Source: Ranitomeya imitator (Eukaryota). Taken from it: a stretch of 64,000 bases of DNA. The notes below the pieces were generated by a model that was not told where the DNA came from, searched no databases, and saw nothing but the letters and a program-made list of their open reading frames with translations. The stretch spans positions 172,112,001 through 172,176,000 of the forward strand of contig NC_091284.1 of NCBI RefSeq assembly GCF_032444005.1, given 5' to 3'. The translations under genes and the position numbers were made by a program. Shown piece after piece: positions 24,682 to 38,909 of this stretch. Numbering within the stretch: position 1 is the stretch's first letter; every line of letters begins with the position of its first letter.

Positions 24682-24894
24682 TTATTTTTATATAGCGCTA
24701 ACATATTACGCAGCGCTTTACAGTTTTGCACACATTATCATCGCTGTCCCCGATGGGGCTCACAATCTAAATTCCCTATCAGTATGTCTTTGGAATGTGG
24801 GAGGAAACCCACGCAAACACGGAGAGAACATACAAACTCTTTGCAGATGTTGTCCAAGGTGGGATTAGAACCCAGGACTCCAGCGCTGCAAGGC
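24682..24894 (-). mobile_element. V-SINE-like tRNA-derived SINE (5'-truncated)
   Basis: Minus strand shows a B-box-like GGGTTCTAATCCC, a V-domain-like GAGTTTGTATGTTCTCTCCGTGTTTGCGTGGGTTTCCTCCCAC, and a GCGCTATATAAAAATAA tail. Confidence 0.8.
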
Positions 24895-25307
24895 GCCCGC
24901 ACGTCAATAGTTAACAACAGCTGCCAGCCAATTGGAGGCTGGCAGCTGAAGTCGGCCAGGCGCAGCGCACACGTCGCCGGCGTCTGACGTCATGTCAGAT
25001 GCCTGCGAGTGCGCGCTGCTGTAGGGAGCTCGCCGCCTGGAGTGCTGCTCAGGTGAGAATTCGGTTTGTTTGTTTTTTTTTTTGTTAACCTAATGGTGGA
25101 GACACTGGGGGCAATGCTGGAGGACACACTTGGGCAGATGATTGCTGGACACACTGACTGGGGCAATGCTGGAGACACTGGGGCAATGCTGGAGACACTG
25201 GGGCTGATTGTTGGACACACTGGAGGCAATGCTGGAGGACACACTGGGGCAGATGATTGCTGGACACACTGGGGCAATGCTGGAGACACTGGGGCAATGC
25301 TGGAAAC

Positions 25308-26931
25308 CAGGGCCGCCATCAGGGCATGACATCATTGTCAGTCGCCGGCGAGTGCACGCTGCAGCTGCGTGGAGAACTTCGCCCGCCGCAGGAGCACGGC
25401 CAGGTAAGAAGAACTCCTTTTTTTTTTTTTCCTTGAGAGCGGCGATCCGGGGGGCCCAGGGAAGAACGCTGGACACAGGGGCAAAACGCTGGACACAGAT
25501 GGGGCAGAGTGCTGGACACAGATGGGGCAGGATTGGAAACAGATGGGGCAGAGTGCTGGACACAGATGGGGCAGGATTGGAAACAGATGGGGCAGAGTGC
25601 TGGACACAGATGGGGCAGAGTGCTGGACACAGATGGGGCAGAGTGCTGGACACAGATGGGGCAGAGTGCTGGACACAGATGGGGCAGAGTGCTGGACACA
25701 GATGAGGCAGGATTGGACACAGATGGGGCAGAGTGCTGGACACAGATGGGGCAGAGTGCTGGACACAGATGGGGCAGAATGGAGACAGATGGAGCAGGAT
25801 TGGAGACAGATGGGGCAGGATGGATACGATGGAGACAGATGGGGCAGGATGGGGAGATCATATGGGGCAGAATGGATACTCATGAGGGCAGGATGAGAGA
25901 ACAAATGGCTGATGCCAGGAATGAGACACACGGTGGCCAGGATGGCGAATATTACCATTGGGGCTAATTAAGGGATATTATTATTGCAGTGATGTATTTA
26001 TTTTATTTATTGAGTATACTGTTTTAAATGGGGGGCGGTCCTGTTACTGTGTAGAGTGATACTATGTCGCCTTCTTCATGTGGTGTAATGTAGAGGCTGG
26101 GAAAATTAAGTAATGTGTTCTGCAAGCGGAACTCGAGATAACTGTTATTTCCTGCAGAGACGAGTCCTGGCTGGATGAAGTGATGGCGGTCTGTGCTGGA
26201 TGAAAGATGAAGGACTTCACCTAGAGATGTCACTGGTGAGTCAGTGTTACCTATACACTGACACTATACACTGTATACTATATACAGAGGTCCTGTGTAC
26301 AATGTCACCGGTGATCACTGTATTACCTGTACACAGACACTGCTTACTAATTACAGATCTCCTGTGTATAATGGCACTGATGGTGATAGTATTGTGGGTT
26401 TTTTTTTTATTACTGATCAGTATTGTAGTATTCAGTCATTGGTGGTAATATGCGGTCTGGTCATGGTGTAGCGGTATTTGTTCCTTGTATTTGATATTAT
26501 TCTATCACTGTGGTGGTAATATGTCATCTAGTCATAGTGCTGTGGTATTTGTTCCTTGTATGTAGTATTATAGGTCATTTTAAAAATTGAAAAATAAAAG
26601 TATACCTAAATTGTATTGCATATTTTAACAAATATTTAATAGGTTACAGCAGAGTAGGGCCCGGCCAAAAGTGTCTACCGTGTTATGGTGGCGGCTTAAA
26701 AAATCTTTTGGCCAAAACAAAAGCTGCTGGCTGTATGTGTGATCTGGTGATGGGAACTGTCAATGTGTGATAGGTGAGAAGTGGAGATTTTCCAAGAGAG
26801 AGCGGTGGGACTGTGGACAGTTCGAGGAGTGGAGCCTGGAGGTGGGGCTGGGGTGGAGCCTGGGCGGAGTTTCAAGGGGGCCCCGAAAATTTTGCCAGTA
26901 TGGGGCCCCAAAATTTCTAGTGGCAGCCCTG
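25308..26931. mobile_element. Non-autonomous hAT-type element nested in the minisatellite
   Basis: TIRs CAGGGCCGCC / GGCAGCCCTG. 8-bp TSD CTGGAAAC (25300-25307 and 26932-26939). Confidence 0.9.
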
Positions 26932-28620
26932 CTGGAAACACTGGGGCAGATTGCTGGACACACTGGGGGCAATGCTGGAGGTCACACTGGGGCAGATGAT
27001 TGCTGGACACACTGAGTGCGGCAATGCTGGAGACACTGGGGCAATGCTGGAGACACTGGGGCAGATTGCTGGACACACTGGGGGCAATGCTGGAGGACAC
27101 ACTGGGGCAGATGATTGCTGGAGACACTGGGGCAATGCTGGAGACACTGGGGCAGATTGCTGGACACACTGGGGGCAATGCTGGAGGACACACTGGGGCA
27201 GATGATTGCTGGAGACACTTGGGCAATGCTGGAGACACAGGGGCAATGCTGGAGACACTGGGGCAGATTGCTGGACACACTGGGGGCAATGCTGGAGGAC
27301 ATACTGGGGCAGATGATTGCTGGATACACTGACTGGGGCAATGCTGGAGACACTGGGGCAGATTGCTGGACACACTGGGCAATGCTGGACCATTGGACAT
27401 ACTGGGGCATATTGCTGGACAGGAGACACTGGGGGCAATGCTGGACATATTGGGGCAGATTGCTGGACACACTGGGGGCAATGCTGGAGGACACACTAGG
27501 GCAGATGATTGCTGGAGACACTGGGGCAATGCTGGACACACTGGGGCAGATTGCTGGACACACTGGGGCAGATTGCTGGACACACTGGGGCAGATTGCTG
27601 GACACACTGGGGCAGATTGCTTGACACACTGGGGCAATGCTGGACATACTGGGGCAGACTGCTGGACACACTGGTGGTAATATGCTGAACACACTGGGGG
27701 CAATGCTGGACAATTGGACATACTGGGGCATATTGCTGGACAGGAGACACTGGGGGCAATGCTGGACATATTGGGGCAGATTGCTGGACACACTGGGGGC
27801 AATGCTGGAGGACACACTAGGGCAGATGATTGCTGGAGACACTGGGGCAATGCTGGACACACTGGGGCAATGCTGGACACACAGGGGCAGATTGCTGGAC
27901 ACACTGGGGCAGATTGCTGGACACACTGGGGCAGATTGCTGGACACACTGTGGGCAATGCTGGACAATTGGACATACTGGGGCAGACTGCTGGACACACT
28001 GGTGGTAATATGCTGAACACACTGGGGGCAATGCTGGACATACTGGGGCAGATTGCTGGACACACTGGTGGTAATATGCTGGACACACTTGGGCAGATTG
28101 CTGGACACACTGTCTGGGGGCAATGCTGGAGACACTGGGGCAATGCTAGAGACACTGGGGCAGATTGCTGGACACACTGGGCAATGCTGGACAATTGGAC
28201 ATACTGGGGCAGATTGTTGAACACACTATCTGGGGCAATGCTAGACACTGGGGAAGATTGCTGGACACACTGTGGGCAATGCTGGACAATTGGACATACT
28301 GGGGCAGATTGTTAAACACGCTGTCTAGGGGCAATGCTGGAGACACTGGTGCAATGCTAGAGACACTGGGGCAATGCTGGACACTGGGGTAGATTGCTGG
28401 ACACACTGGGCAATGCTGGACAATTGGACATACTGGGGCAGATTGCTGGACACACTGTCTGGGGGCAATGCTGGACACACTGGGGCAGATTGCTGGACAC
28501 TGGGGCAATAGGGTGGACATACTGGGGAAGATTGCTGGGCACACTGGGGGTAATATGTTGGACACACTGTGGCAGATTGCTGAACACACTGGGGGCAGGA
28601 CTGGAGGCTTGGGCAGAATG
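26932..28620. repeat. Compound minisatellite of ~19-22 bp units (CTGGACACACTGGGGCAGATTG / CTGGAGACACTGGGGCAATG)
   Basis: Continues the array at 25095-25307. Source of the Cys/Pro/Gln-rich and Gly/Leu/Asp-rich pseudo-ORFs. Confidence 0.92.
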
Positions 28621-31600
28621 TGTTATGACCTGGTGGTTAGGAGCACCCGGAATCACCTGATAGTTAAACCTCATACAGGATGAGCTCTGGGATGTGGGAG
28701 CTCTGCTGACCGCAAGCCCTAATCCTATCACACACACTAAAAATAGCCGTGGAGCGCTCCTGACCAGACCTAGGCGCCTCGTCACAGCCTAAGAACTATC
28801 TAGAGATAGAAAATAAAGCCTACCTTGCCTCAGAGAAACTCCCCAAAGGTAAAGGAAGCCCCCCACATATATTGACTGTGAGTAAAGATGAAAGTCACAA
28901 ACGCAGAGATGAAACAGGTTTCAGCAAAGGGAGGCCAGACTTACTAAATAGACAGAGGATAGGAAAGGTAACTTTGCGATCAGCACAAAAACCTACAAAA
29001 GACCACGCAGAGTGTGCAAAAAAGACCTCCGCACCGACTCACAGTGCGGAGGGACCACTCTGCATCCCAGAGCTTCCAGCTAGCAAGACAAAATCATGAA
29101 AACCAGCTGGACAAGAAAACAGTGAACAAATAATGACTATCAGGAACTTAGCTTCTGCAGGAGAAGGCAGGTCACCAGAGAGATCCAGGAGCGAACTGAA
29201 CAAATGCAAAAACATTGACAGCTGGCATGGAGTAATGATCTGAGAGGAGTTAAATAGAGCAGCCAACCAAAGGACAACCCACGTCACCTGTGTAAGGAAC
29301 CTCAGAAGCAGCAGCTTCACTCATAGCCACCAGAGGGAGCCCATAGACAGAACTCGCCGAAGTACCACTCACGACCACAGGAGGGAGTTCGACAACAGAA
29401 TTCACAACAGTACCCCCCCCTTGAGGAGGGGTCACCGAACCCTCAGCAGAGCCCCCAGGCCGATCAGGATGAGCCAAATGAAAGGCATGAACAAGATCGG
29501 CAGCATGAACATCAGAGGCAAAAACCCATGAATTATCTTCCTGACCATAACCCTTCCACTTGACCAGGTACTGGAGTTTCCGTCTCGAAACACGAGAATC
29601 CAAAATCTTCTCCACCACATACTCCAACTCCCCCTCGACCAACACCGGGGCAGGAGGATCAACGGAGGGAACCATAGGTGCCACGTATCTCCGCAACAAC
29701 GACCTATGGAACACATTATGGATGGCAAAAGAAGCTGGAAGATCCAAACGAAATGACACAGGATTAAGAACTTCAGAAATCTTATATGGTCCAATGAAAC
29801 GAGGCTTAAACTTAGGAGAGGAAACATTCATAGGAACGTGACGAGATGACAACCAAACCAAATCCCCAACACGAAGTCGGGGACCAACACTACGCCGGCG
29901 GTTAGCGAAACGTTGAGCCTTCTCCTGGGACAATGTCAAATTGTCCACCACATGAGTCCAAATCTGCTGCAACCTGTCCACCACCGCATCCACACCAGGA
30001 CAGTCCGAAGACTCAACCTGCCCTGAAGAGAAACGAGGATGGAAACCAGAATTCAGAAAAACGGAGAAACTAATGTAGCCGAGCTGGCCCGATTATTAAG
30101 GGCGAACTCAGCCAAAGGCAAGAAAGACACCCAATCATCCTGATCAGCAGAAACAAAGCATCTCAGATATGTCTCCAAAGTCTGATTAGTTCGTTCGGTT
30201 TGGCCATTAGTCTGAGGATGGAAAGCCAAAGAAAAAGACAAATCAATGCCCATCTTAGCGCAAAAGGACCGCCAAAACCTCGAAACAAACTGGGAACCTC
30301 TGTCCGAGACGATGTTCTCTGGAATGCCATGCAAACGAACCACATGCTGGAAAAACAATGGCACCAAATCAGAGGAGGAAGGCAGTTTAGATAAGGGTAC
30401 CAAATGGACCATCTTAGAGAAGTGATCACAAACCCCCCAAATGACCGACATCTTTTGAGAAACAGGGAGATCAGAATTAAAATCCATGGAAATATGCGTC
30501 CAGGGCCTCTTCGGAATCGGCAAGGGCAAAAGCAACCCACTGGCACGAGAACAGCAGGGCTTAGCCCGTGCACAAATCCCACAGGACTGCACAAAAGAAC
30601 GCACATCCCGTGACAAAGAAGGCCACCAAAAGGATCTAGCCACCAAATCTCTGGTACCAAAGATTCCAGGATGACCAGCCAATACTGAACAATGAATCTC
30701 CGAGATAACTCTAATAGTCCATCTATCAGGGACAAACAGTTTCTCCGTAGGACAACGGTCAGGTCTATCAGCCTGAAACTTTTGCAGCACACGCCGCAAA
30801 TCAGGGGAAATGGCAGACAAAATTACCCCTTCTTTAAGAATACCCGCCGGCTCCGGAACACCCGGAGAGTCAGGCACAAAACTCCTTGACAGGGCGTCAG
30901 CCTTCACATTCTTAGATCCCGGAAGGTATGAAACCACAAAATCAAAACGGGAGAAAAAGAGCGACCATCGAGCCTGTCTAGAATTCAACCGTTTTTGGCA
31001 GACTCGAGATAAGTTAAATTCTTGTGGTCCGTCAAGACCACCACGCGATGTTTAGCTCCTTCAAGCCAATGTCGCCACTCCTCGAGTGCCCACTTCATGG
31101 CCAACAACTCCCGATTGCCCACATCATAATTGCGCTCAGCAGGCGAGAATTTTCTAGAAAAGAAGGCACAGGGTTTCATCACCGAGCCATGAGAACTTCT
31201 TTGCGACAAAACAGCCCCTGCTCCAATTTCAGAAGCATCAACCTCCACCTGAAAAGGAAGCGAAACATCTGGCTGGCACAACACAGGGGCAGAAGCAAAA
31301 CGACGCTTCAACTCCTGAAAAGCCTCTACAGCCGCAGAGGACCAATTGACCACATCAGCACCTTTTTTGGTCAAATCAGTCAACGGCTTAGCAACACTGG
31401 AAAAGTTAGTGATGAAGCGACGATAAAAATTAGCAAAGCCCAGGAACTTCTGCAAGCTCTTCACAGATGTCGGCTGAGTCCAATCGTAAATGGCCTGAAC
31501 TTTAACAGGGTCCATCTCGATAGTAGAAGGGGAAAAAATGAAACCCAAAAATGAAACCTTCTGAACACCAAAGAGACACTTTGACCCCTTCACAAACAAG

Positions 31601-34395
31601 GAATTCGCACGAAGGACCTGGAACACCATTCTGACCTGCTTCACATGAGATTCCCAATCATCCGAAAAGACCAAAATGTCATCCAAATATACAATCATGA
31701 ATCTATCCAGGTACACTCGGAAGATGTCATGCATAAAGGACTGAAACACAGATGGAGCATTAGAAAGCCCAAATGGCATAACCAGGTACTCAAAATGACC
31801 CTCGGGCGTATTAAATGCTGTTTTCCATTCATCACCCTGTTTAATTCGCACAAGATTATACGCACCACGAAGATCTATCTTGGTGAACCAACTAGCCCCC
31901 TTAATCCGAGCAAATAAATCAGACAGCAGCGGCAAAGGATACTGAAATTTGACTGTGATCTTATTAAGAAGGCGGTAATCAATACAAGGTCTCAAAGAAC
32001 CATCCTTCTTGGCCACAAAAAAGAACCCTGCTCCCAATGGTGACGACGACGGGCGAATATGACCCTTCTCTAAGGATTCCTTTACATAACTCCGCATAGC
32101 AGCGTGCTCTGGCACAGATAAATTAAACAGACGGCCCTTAGGAAACTTACTACCAGGAATCAAATCAATAGCACAGTCGCAATCCCTATGAGGAGGTAGG
32201 GCACCAGATTTGGGCTCTTCAAATACATCCCGGTAATCTGATAAAAACTCAGGGACTTCAGAAGGAGTGGAAGGTGAAATTGAGAGCAATGGAACATCAC
32301 CATGTACCCCCTGACAACCCCAACTGGACACAGACATAGATTTCCAATCCAACACTGGATTATGGACCTGTAGCCATGGCAACCCCAAAACGACCACATC
32401 ATGCAGATTATGCAACACCAAAAAGCGAATATCCTCCTGATGTGCAGGAGCCATGCACATGGTCAATTGAGTCCAGTACTGAGGCTTATTCTTGGCCAAA
32501 GGCGTAGCATCAATTCCTCTCAATGGAATAGGATACTGCAAGGGCTCCAAGAAAAAACCACAGCGCCTGGCAAACTCCAAGTCCATCAAATTCAGGGCAG
32601 CGCCTGAATCCACAAATGCCATTACAGAATAGGACGACAGAGAGCAAATCAGAGTAACGGACAAAAGAAATTTAGACTGTACCATACCAATGGTGGCAGA
32701 CCTAGCGAACCGCTTAGTGCGCTTAGGACAATCGGAGATAGCATGAGTGGATTCACCACAGTAAAAACACAGCCCATTCCGACGTCTGTGTTCTTGCCGT
32801 TCAGCTCTGGTCAAAGTCCTATCACACTGCATAGGCTCAGGCCTATGCTCAGAGAATACCGCCAGATGGTGAACAGCTTTGCGCTCACGCATGCGCCGAT
32901 CGATCTGAATGGCCAAAGACATAGACTCATTCAGACCAGCAGGCGTGGGAAATCCCATCATGACATCCTTAAGGGCTTCAGAAAGACCCTTTCTGAAAAT
33001 TGCCGCCAGGGCACATTCATTCCACTGAGTAAGCACAGACCACTTTCTAAACTTTTGACAGTACACCTCCATTTCATCCTGACCCTGACACAAAGCCAGC
33101 AAGATTTTCTATGCCTGATCCACTGAATTAGGTTCATCATTAAGCAATCCAAGTGCCAGAAAAAATGCATCAACATCACGCAATGCAGGATCTCCTGGCG
33201 CAAGGGAAAATGCCCAGTCTTGAGGGTCACCACGCAACAAAGAAATAATGATTTTTACCTGTTGAACAGGGTCACCAGAGGAGCGGGGTTTCAAAGCTAG
33301 AAACAGTTTACAATTATTTTTGAAATTCAAGAACCTAGATCTATCCCCAGAAAATAAGTCAGGAATAGGAATTCTAGGCTCTAACATAGGATTCTGAACC
33401 ACAAAATCTTGAGTGTTTTGTACCCTTTCAGTGAGATGATCCACACAAGAGGACAGACCTTGAATGTCCATGTCTACACCTGTGTCCTGAACCACCCAAA
33501 GGTCTAGGGGAAAAGAAAGACAAAACACAGTGCAAAGAAAAAAAATGGTCTCAGAAGTTCTCTTATCCCTCTATTGAGATGCATTAATACTTTGGGCCAG
33601 CTGTACTGTTATGACCTGGTGGTTAGGAGCACCCGGAATGACCTGATAGTTAAACCTCATACAGGACGAGCTCTGGGATGTGGGAGCTCTGCTGACCGCA
33701 AGCCCTAATCCTATCACACACACTAAAAATAGCCGTGGAGTGCTCCTGACCAGACCTAGGCGCCTCGTCACAGCCTAAGAACTATCTAGAGATAGAAAAT
33801 AAAGCCTACCTTGCCTCAGAGAAACTCCCCAAAGGTAAAGGAAGCCCCCCACATATATTGACTGTGAGTAAAGATGAAGGTCACAAACGCAGAGATGAAA
33901 CAGGTTTCAGCAAAGGGAGGCCAGACTTACTAAATAGACAGAGGATAGGAAAGGTAACTTTGCGATCAGCACAAAAACCTACAAAAGACCACGCAGAGTG
34001 TGCAAAAAAGACCTCCGCACCGACTCACGGTGCGGAGGGACCACTCTGCATCCCAGAGCTTCCAGCTAGCAAGACAAAATCATGAAAACCAGCTGGACAA
34101 GAAAACAGTGAACAAATAATGACTATCAGGAACTTAGCTTCTGCAGGAGAATGCAGGTCACCAGAGAGATCCAGGAGCGAACTGAACAAATGCAAAGACA
34201 TTGACAGCTGGCATGGAGTAACGATCTGAGAGGAGTTAAATAGAGCAGCCAACCAAAGGACAACCCACGTCACCTGTGTAAGGAACCTCAGAAGCAGCAG
34301 CTTCACGCATAGCCACCAGAGGGAGCCCATAGACAGAACTCGCCGAAGTACCACTCACGACCACAGGAGGGAGTTCGACAACAGAATTCACAACA
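28621..34395 (-). mobile_element. Full-length Ty3/Gypsy chromovirus (Tf1/sushi-like)
   Basis: ~789-bp LTRs at 28621-29409 and 33607-34395, with TG...CA ends and ~9 mismatches by eye. G-run PPT at ~29413-29420. AGAATG duplicated at both flanks. Confidence 0.96.
29250..33528 (-). pseudogene. pol: Gypsy gag-pol: Gag, CCHC, protease, RT, RNase H, integrase and chromodomain; one in-frame stop (~33110) and two frameshifts (~30988, ~30050)
   Basis: CFYCGESTHAISDC, FVDSGA, YLDDILV, VDASEIGAGAVL, HCSVLAGHPG..CGIC, SDRGSQF, YVVEKILDSR..YLVKWKGY. Confidence 0.93.
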
Positions 34396-37300
34396 AGAAT
34401 GTAGATATGGGGCATGATTAGAGACACGGAGCAGAATGAAAGACATGGGGCAGGATTGGATCATGGGGCAGGATGGATACGATGGAGACAGATGGGGCAG
34501 GATAGGGAGATCATATGGGGTAGAATGGATACTCATGAGTGCAGGATGCAAGAACATATGGCTGGAGCCAGGAATGAGATAAACGGGGCCAGGGTTGGGA
34601 ATATTATTACCATAGGGCCTAATTAAGGGATATTACTACTGCAGTGATATATTTATTTTATTTTTTGAGTATACTGCTTTAAATACGGGGGGGGGGGGGG
34701 GGCGGTCCTGTTACTGTGTAGAGTGACACTATATCACCTTTTTTTCTTCATGTGGTGTAATGTAGCAGTTGTGAAAAATTAAGTAATGTGTTCTGCAAGC
34801 GGAGCTCGAGATAACTGTGTTATTTCCTGCAGAAACGAGTCCTGGCTGGAAGAAATGATGGCTGTCTGTGCTAGATGAAAGATGAAGGACTTCACCTAGA
34901 GACGTCACTGGTGAGTCAGTGTTACCTATACACTGACACTATACACTGTATACTATACACAGAGCTCCTGGGTATAATGTCACCCGTGATCTCTGTATTA
35001 CCTCTACACAGTCACTGCATACTAAGTACAGATCTCCTGTGAATACTGGCACTTATGGTGATAGTATTGTGTTTTTTTTTTTTATTACTGATCAGTATTG
35101 TAGTATTCAGTCACAATGTGGTGGTAATATGTGGTCTGGAAATGGTGTTGTGGTATTTGTCCCTTGTATGTGCTATTTGGTCACCAAGAAGTGGTAATAT
35201 GTGGTCTTGACATGGTGCGGTGGTATTTGTTCCTTGTATGTGATATTATTTGATCACTGTGGTTTTAATTTGTGGTCTGGTCATGGTTCGGTGGTATTTG
35301 TTCCTTGTATGTGATATTATTCGATCACTGTGGTTGTAATTTGTGGTCTGGTCATGGTTCGGTGGTATTTGTTCCTTGTATGTAATATTGGTCAAAATAT
35401 ACCTAAATTGTATTGCATATTTTAACAAATATTTCATAGGTTACAGTAGAGTAGGGCCCGGCCATTTTTCTGGAATAATCTGGTTCAGGTATCACATGGC
35501 CCCCGTCACATGACCCCCGTCACATGACCCCCGTCACATGACCCCGTCACATGATCGGGGGGGCCCACAGTGTCTGAACAGCGGGGGCCCTGGCTATCCT
35601 TAATCCACCCCTGAGTGGAGATATCCCAGTTACTTGATGGATAAGGGGCCTGGCCATTAGTCTGTACTCTGGCTCCTTTGGTCTAGGGCCGCTTATTAGA
35701 GGGTCGGTCTCAAGCCTTCTCATTGTTGTCATCCATTACTTAAACCCCAGCTTGAGGATCATGCTATCTTCAGTCCCGTCTCCTCCTTCTCAGACCACAA
35801 GTCACCCAATGCATATGGCCTTGTCAGCCTACGGATTAAATGTACAGACCTGTCCTAATCACACACTAGGTCTACTATTGCTTCATTCCCAACTTCAACT
35901 ACCCTGAGGAACCGTTTCTGTACCTATGTATACTAACCCTATTGCGGGCTAATCCCAACAGTTAACTATCTCAGTCCCTGCAGTTTTTTGCTGGGCAGAA
36001 CTTCCTTCTAAAAATTAAACGTTTCTACAGTCAAACTACACATATCAAAAGCATTACATTATTGTTACGGCTGCGTCCGCAGATGCGGCCGAGCTGACGT
36101 CTCCACGTCGCCTGACCATGACGACGTGGGCGAGCATCCCAAAAAGGAATGCAATGTGGACCCACTGGACCACATAGAGTAACCTGAACCTACCCAGACT
36201 AGGGAAGGGCAGCAAGCAGGGTCTGTGGCAGCTGAGCATGTGAACAAGATGTCGATATGCAGAACTAGACTACACTGCACAACTTCAGGTATGAAGAAAC
36301 AAAGTTTACTTAAATGAAAGCACAGTACACAGCATATCATAATGATGTCAGAATCCCGATTCCACACGTCTAGGAAGGCTACACGTCTCAGATGTCAGAC
36401 GATGGCAGGAGTCATCATGGGTTGATGCAGTCCAGGATCATCTGGCACGGTCTTACTAGAACAGCCTCTCTCTCAGGCTTCAGGCGTAGCACAGGCTCAG
36501 CAGGAGAACATCAGACACCAATCCCAGAAGGACGTCATCACAGGGTGGACCTCAGGCCACCAGGACACAGGCAGGACACCAGGACATCGAACACTGGATA
36601 GACATCTGGGACACTGGCGTGGCAACCCAGGGCATCAGGACATCGGACACAGGAAGGACATCAGGACAAAAGCAGGACATCAGGTCATAGGCAGGACATC
36701 ACAACACAGGCAGGACATCGGACACTGGAAAGATATCTGGGACACTGGCGTGGCAGCCCAGGTCATGGGCTGGGACACTGGAATGGCAGCCCAGAGCATC
36801 AGAAACACAACACAAAGGACAAAGTTCAGACAGGATTAGGTACTGGATATGCAGCCTCCAGGACAGGCGGATCTGGGTACTCTGCCCCCAGAACAGGCGG
36901 AAAAAACAAGATACAAATGGATCTGGGTATTCTGCCCCCAGAGTAGGCGGGATCTGGGTACTCTGCTCCCAGAACAGGGGGAAAAAACAAGATACAAATG
37001 GATCTGGGTATTCTGCCCCCAGAGTAGGCGGGATCTGGGTACTCTGCCCCCAGAATAAGCGGTAGACAGGTATCAGCTCTGCCAGAACAGACTGCAGATA
37101 GAACGGCAGCTGCATACCTAACTCACTAGGCAAAACACAGAAACACAATGCAATGCTCTGGCCACGCCCAACAGGAAACATCGGATTACTTACCGGTAAT
37201 ACTCTTTTATAGAGCCACGACAGCACCCACTTGAGAGAGGGGATCCGCCCCTAAGAACAGGAAACCGTATGGAGAGAATAAAAGGGGCGGTCCCCCTCGC

Positions 37301-37754
37301 TCCCACAGTTGGGTTACAGAGAATGAAAGGAACCGCCCACCAGCATTAGAAGGCAATCCAATATCATTATTTATCTTTAGTTAACTTAAGTTTAGCTAAC
37401 TACAAGAACCATTCACCCTTATCAGTGCTCTTATGAAAGAATAATTATTAGGGAGGGAAGTGAAGGGGTGGTGTCGTGGCTCTATGAAAGAGTATTACCG
37501 GTAAGTAATCCGGTGTTTTCTCTTCGCCACGACAGCACCCACTTGAGAGACTTACAGAGATAGTCATTTGGGAGGGATCACCGTGTTAAGAACTGATCTA
37601 CCAAAAGATAAGTCAGATGAGGAAGACAAGTCCAATCTATAGTGAGTATAGAAGGTAGTAGGAGAAGACCAAGTTGCGGCCTTACATATCAGTTCTATTG
37701 GAACCTCCGCTCTCTCAGCCGATGATAAAGTCATCGCCCGAGTAGAGTGTGCCT

Positions 37755-38549
37755 TTACAGTCTCAGGTGGGTTCTCTCCTTTTGATGAATAGGCCAGACA
37801 AATTGCATCCTGAATCCACCGGGATAACGTATTCTTCGTGCACTAGAACCTTTCTTATGGCCCTGGAAGGAAATAAAGAGAGACCTGCTCTTCCTCCAGG
37901 GGCTAGTTCTGCCTAGGTAAGCTACTATAACCCTTCTTACATCTAGTGTATGGTATCTTTTCTCTTCCTGATTTGTGGGGTTACTATAGAAGGAAGAAAG
38001 GAAGATTTCCTGGGATCTGTGGAATTTGGTCCCTACTTTAGGTAAGTAAGAAGGGTCTGTTTTTAAGACAATTCTATCCTGGAATATTGACAGAAAGGGA
38101 GAATCTATTAATAATGCCTGAATGTCACCTACTCTTCTGGCTGACACTAAAGCAACAAGAAGAGCTGTCTTAAGAGAGACATATTTTATGTGGGCCGAGT
38201 GTAGTTGCTCGAATGGCTCCCCTGTTAGGACCTCTAGAACTAGATTAAGATCCCACGGTGGTATATGGGGGATCTGGATTGGTTCTGCCCTTTGGCATGC
38301 TGAAATAAATTGTGCTACCCATCTGTCTCCGGCAATATTGTGACCATATAGGGCTCCTAGAGCAGAAACCTGTACCTTCAGTGTACTGACTGATAAGCCT
38401 AAGTCACGCCCTCTCTGAAGAAATTCTAAAATAGCAGAAATGGGAATTTCTTTTGACATATCTGCTGAGTAGAAGGTAAGTCTTTTTTCCATACTCCTAC
38501 ATATATAGTTGTTGTAGATCTTTCTACTTAGTAGAATGGTATCAATCAA
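37755..38549 (-). pseudogene. DIRS tyrosine recombinase fragment
   Basis: LSVSTLKVQVSAL, PPWDLNLVL, VSARRVGDIQAL, YHTLDVRR; frameshifted before the C-terminal motifs. Confidence 0.85.
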
Positions 38550-38909
38550 CTTTTCTGAAAAGCCCCTTAGTTTTAATAGCTGCCTCTCAAATTCCAGGCT
38601 GTCAACCGTAGGCCCTTCACCTGAGGGTGGTTGAAGGGTCCCTAGGAGAGAAGGTCCTCAGCCTCTGGAAGGATCCATGGATCCAAGATCGACATGGCTC
38701 TGAGCCAGGAAAACCATGGTCGCTTGGGCCAAAAAGATGCTACTTAAATTATGTTCGCTTTGTCCTCCCTTATCTTCCTGATTACAGTCAGAAGGAGTAT
38801 TAATGGAGGAAATGCATATGCTTGCCGGAATGTCCACGGAACCTGGAGAGCATCGAGGATATTGGGGTTGTCGGACAGGAATAATGAAGCAAACTTTTTG
38901 ACTTGTCTG

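Larger units (their letters stand above)
24895..35613. mobile_element. Minisatellite-rich hAT-like non-autonomous element (left end lost), host of a nested hAT and the Gypsy
   Basis: Right terminus ...TAATCCACCCCTG. The sequence is continuous across the Gypsy (GGGCAGAATG|TAGATATGGGG). Confidence 0.6.

Noticed and set aside
24682-24894. Possible tRNA gene (B-box present)
   Set aside because: Truncated head joined to a V-domain and LINE-like tail; it is a SINE.
25066-28589. Many long Cys/Pro/Gln- and Gly/Leu-rich ORFs (up to 493 aa) on both strands
   Set aside because: They are translations of a stop-poor minisatellite inside hAT elements.
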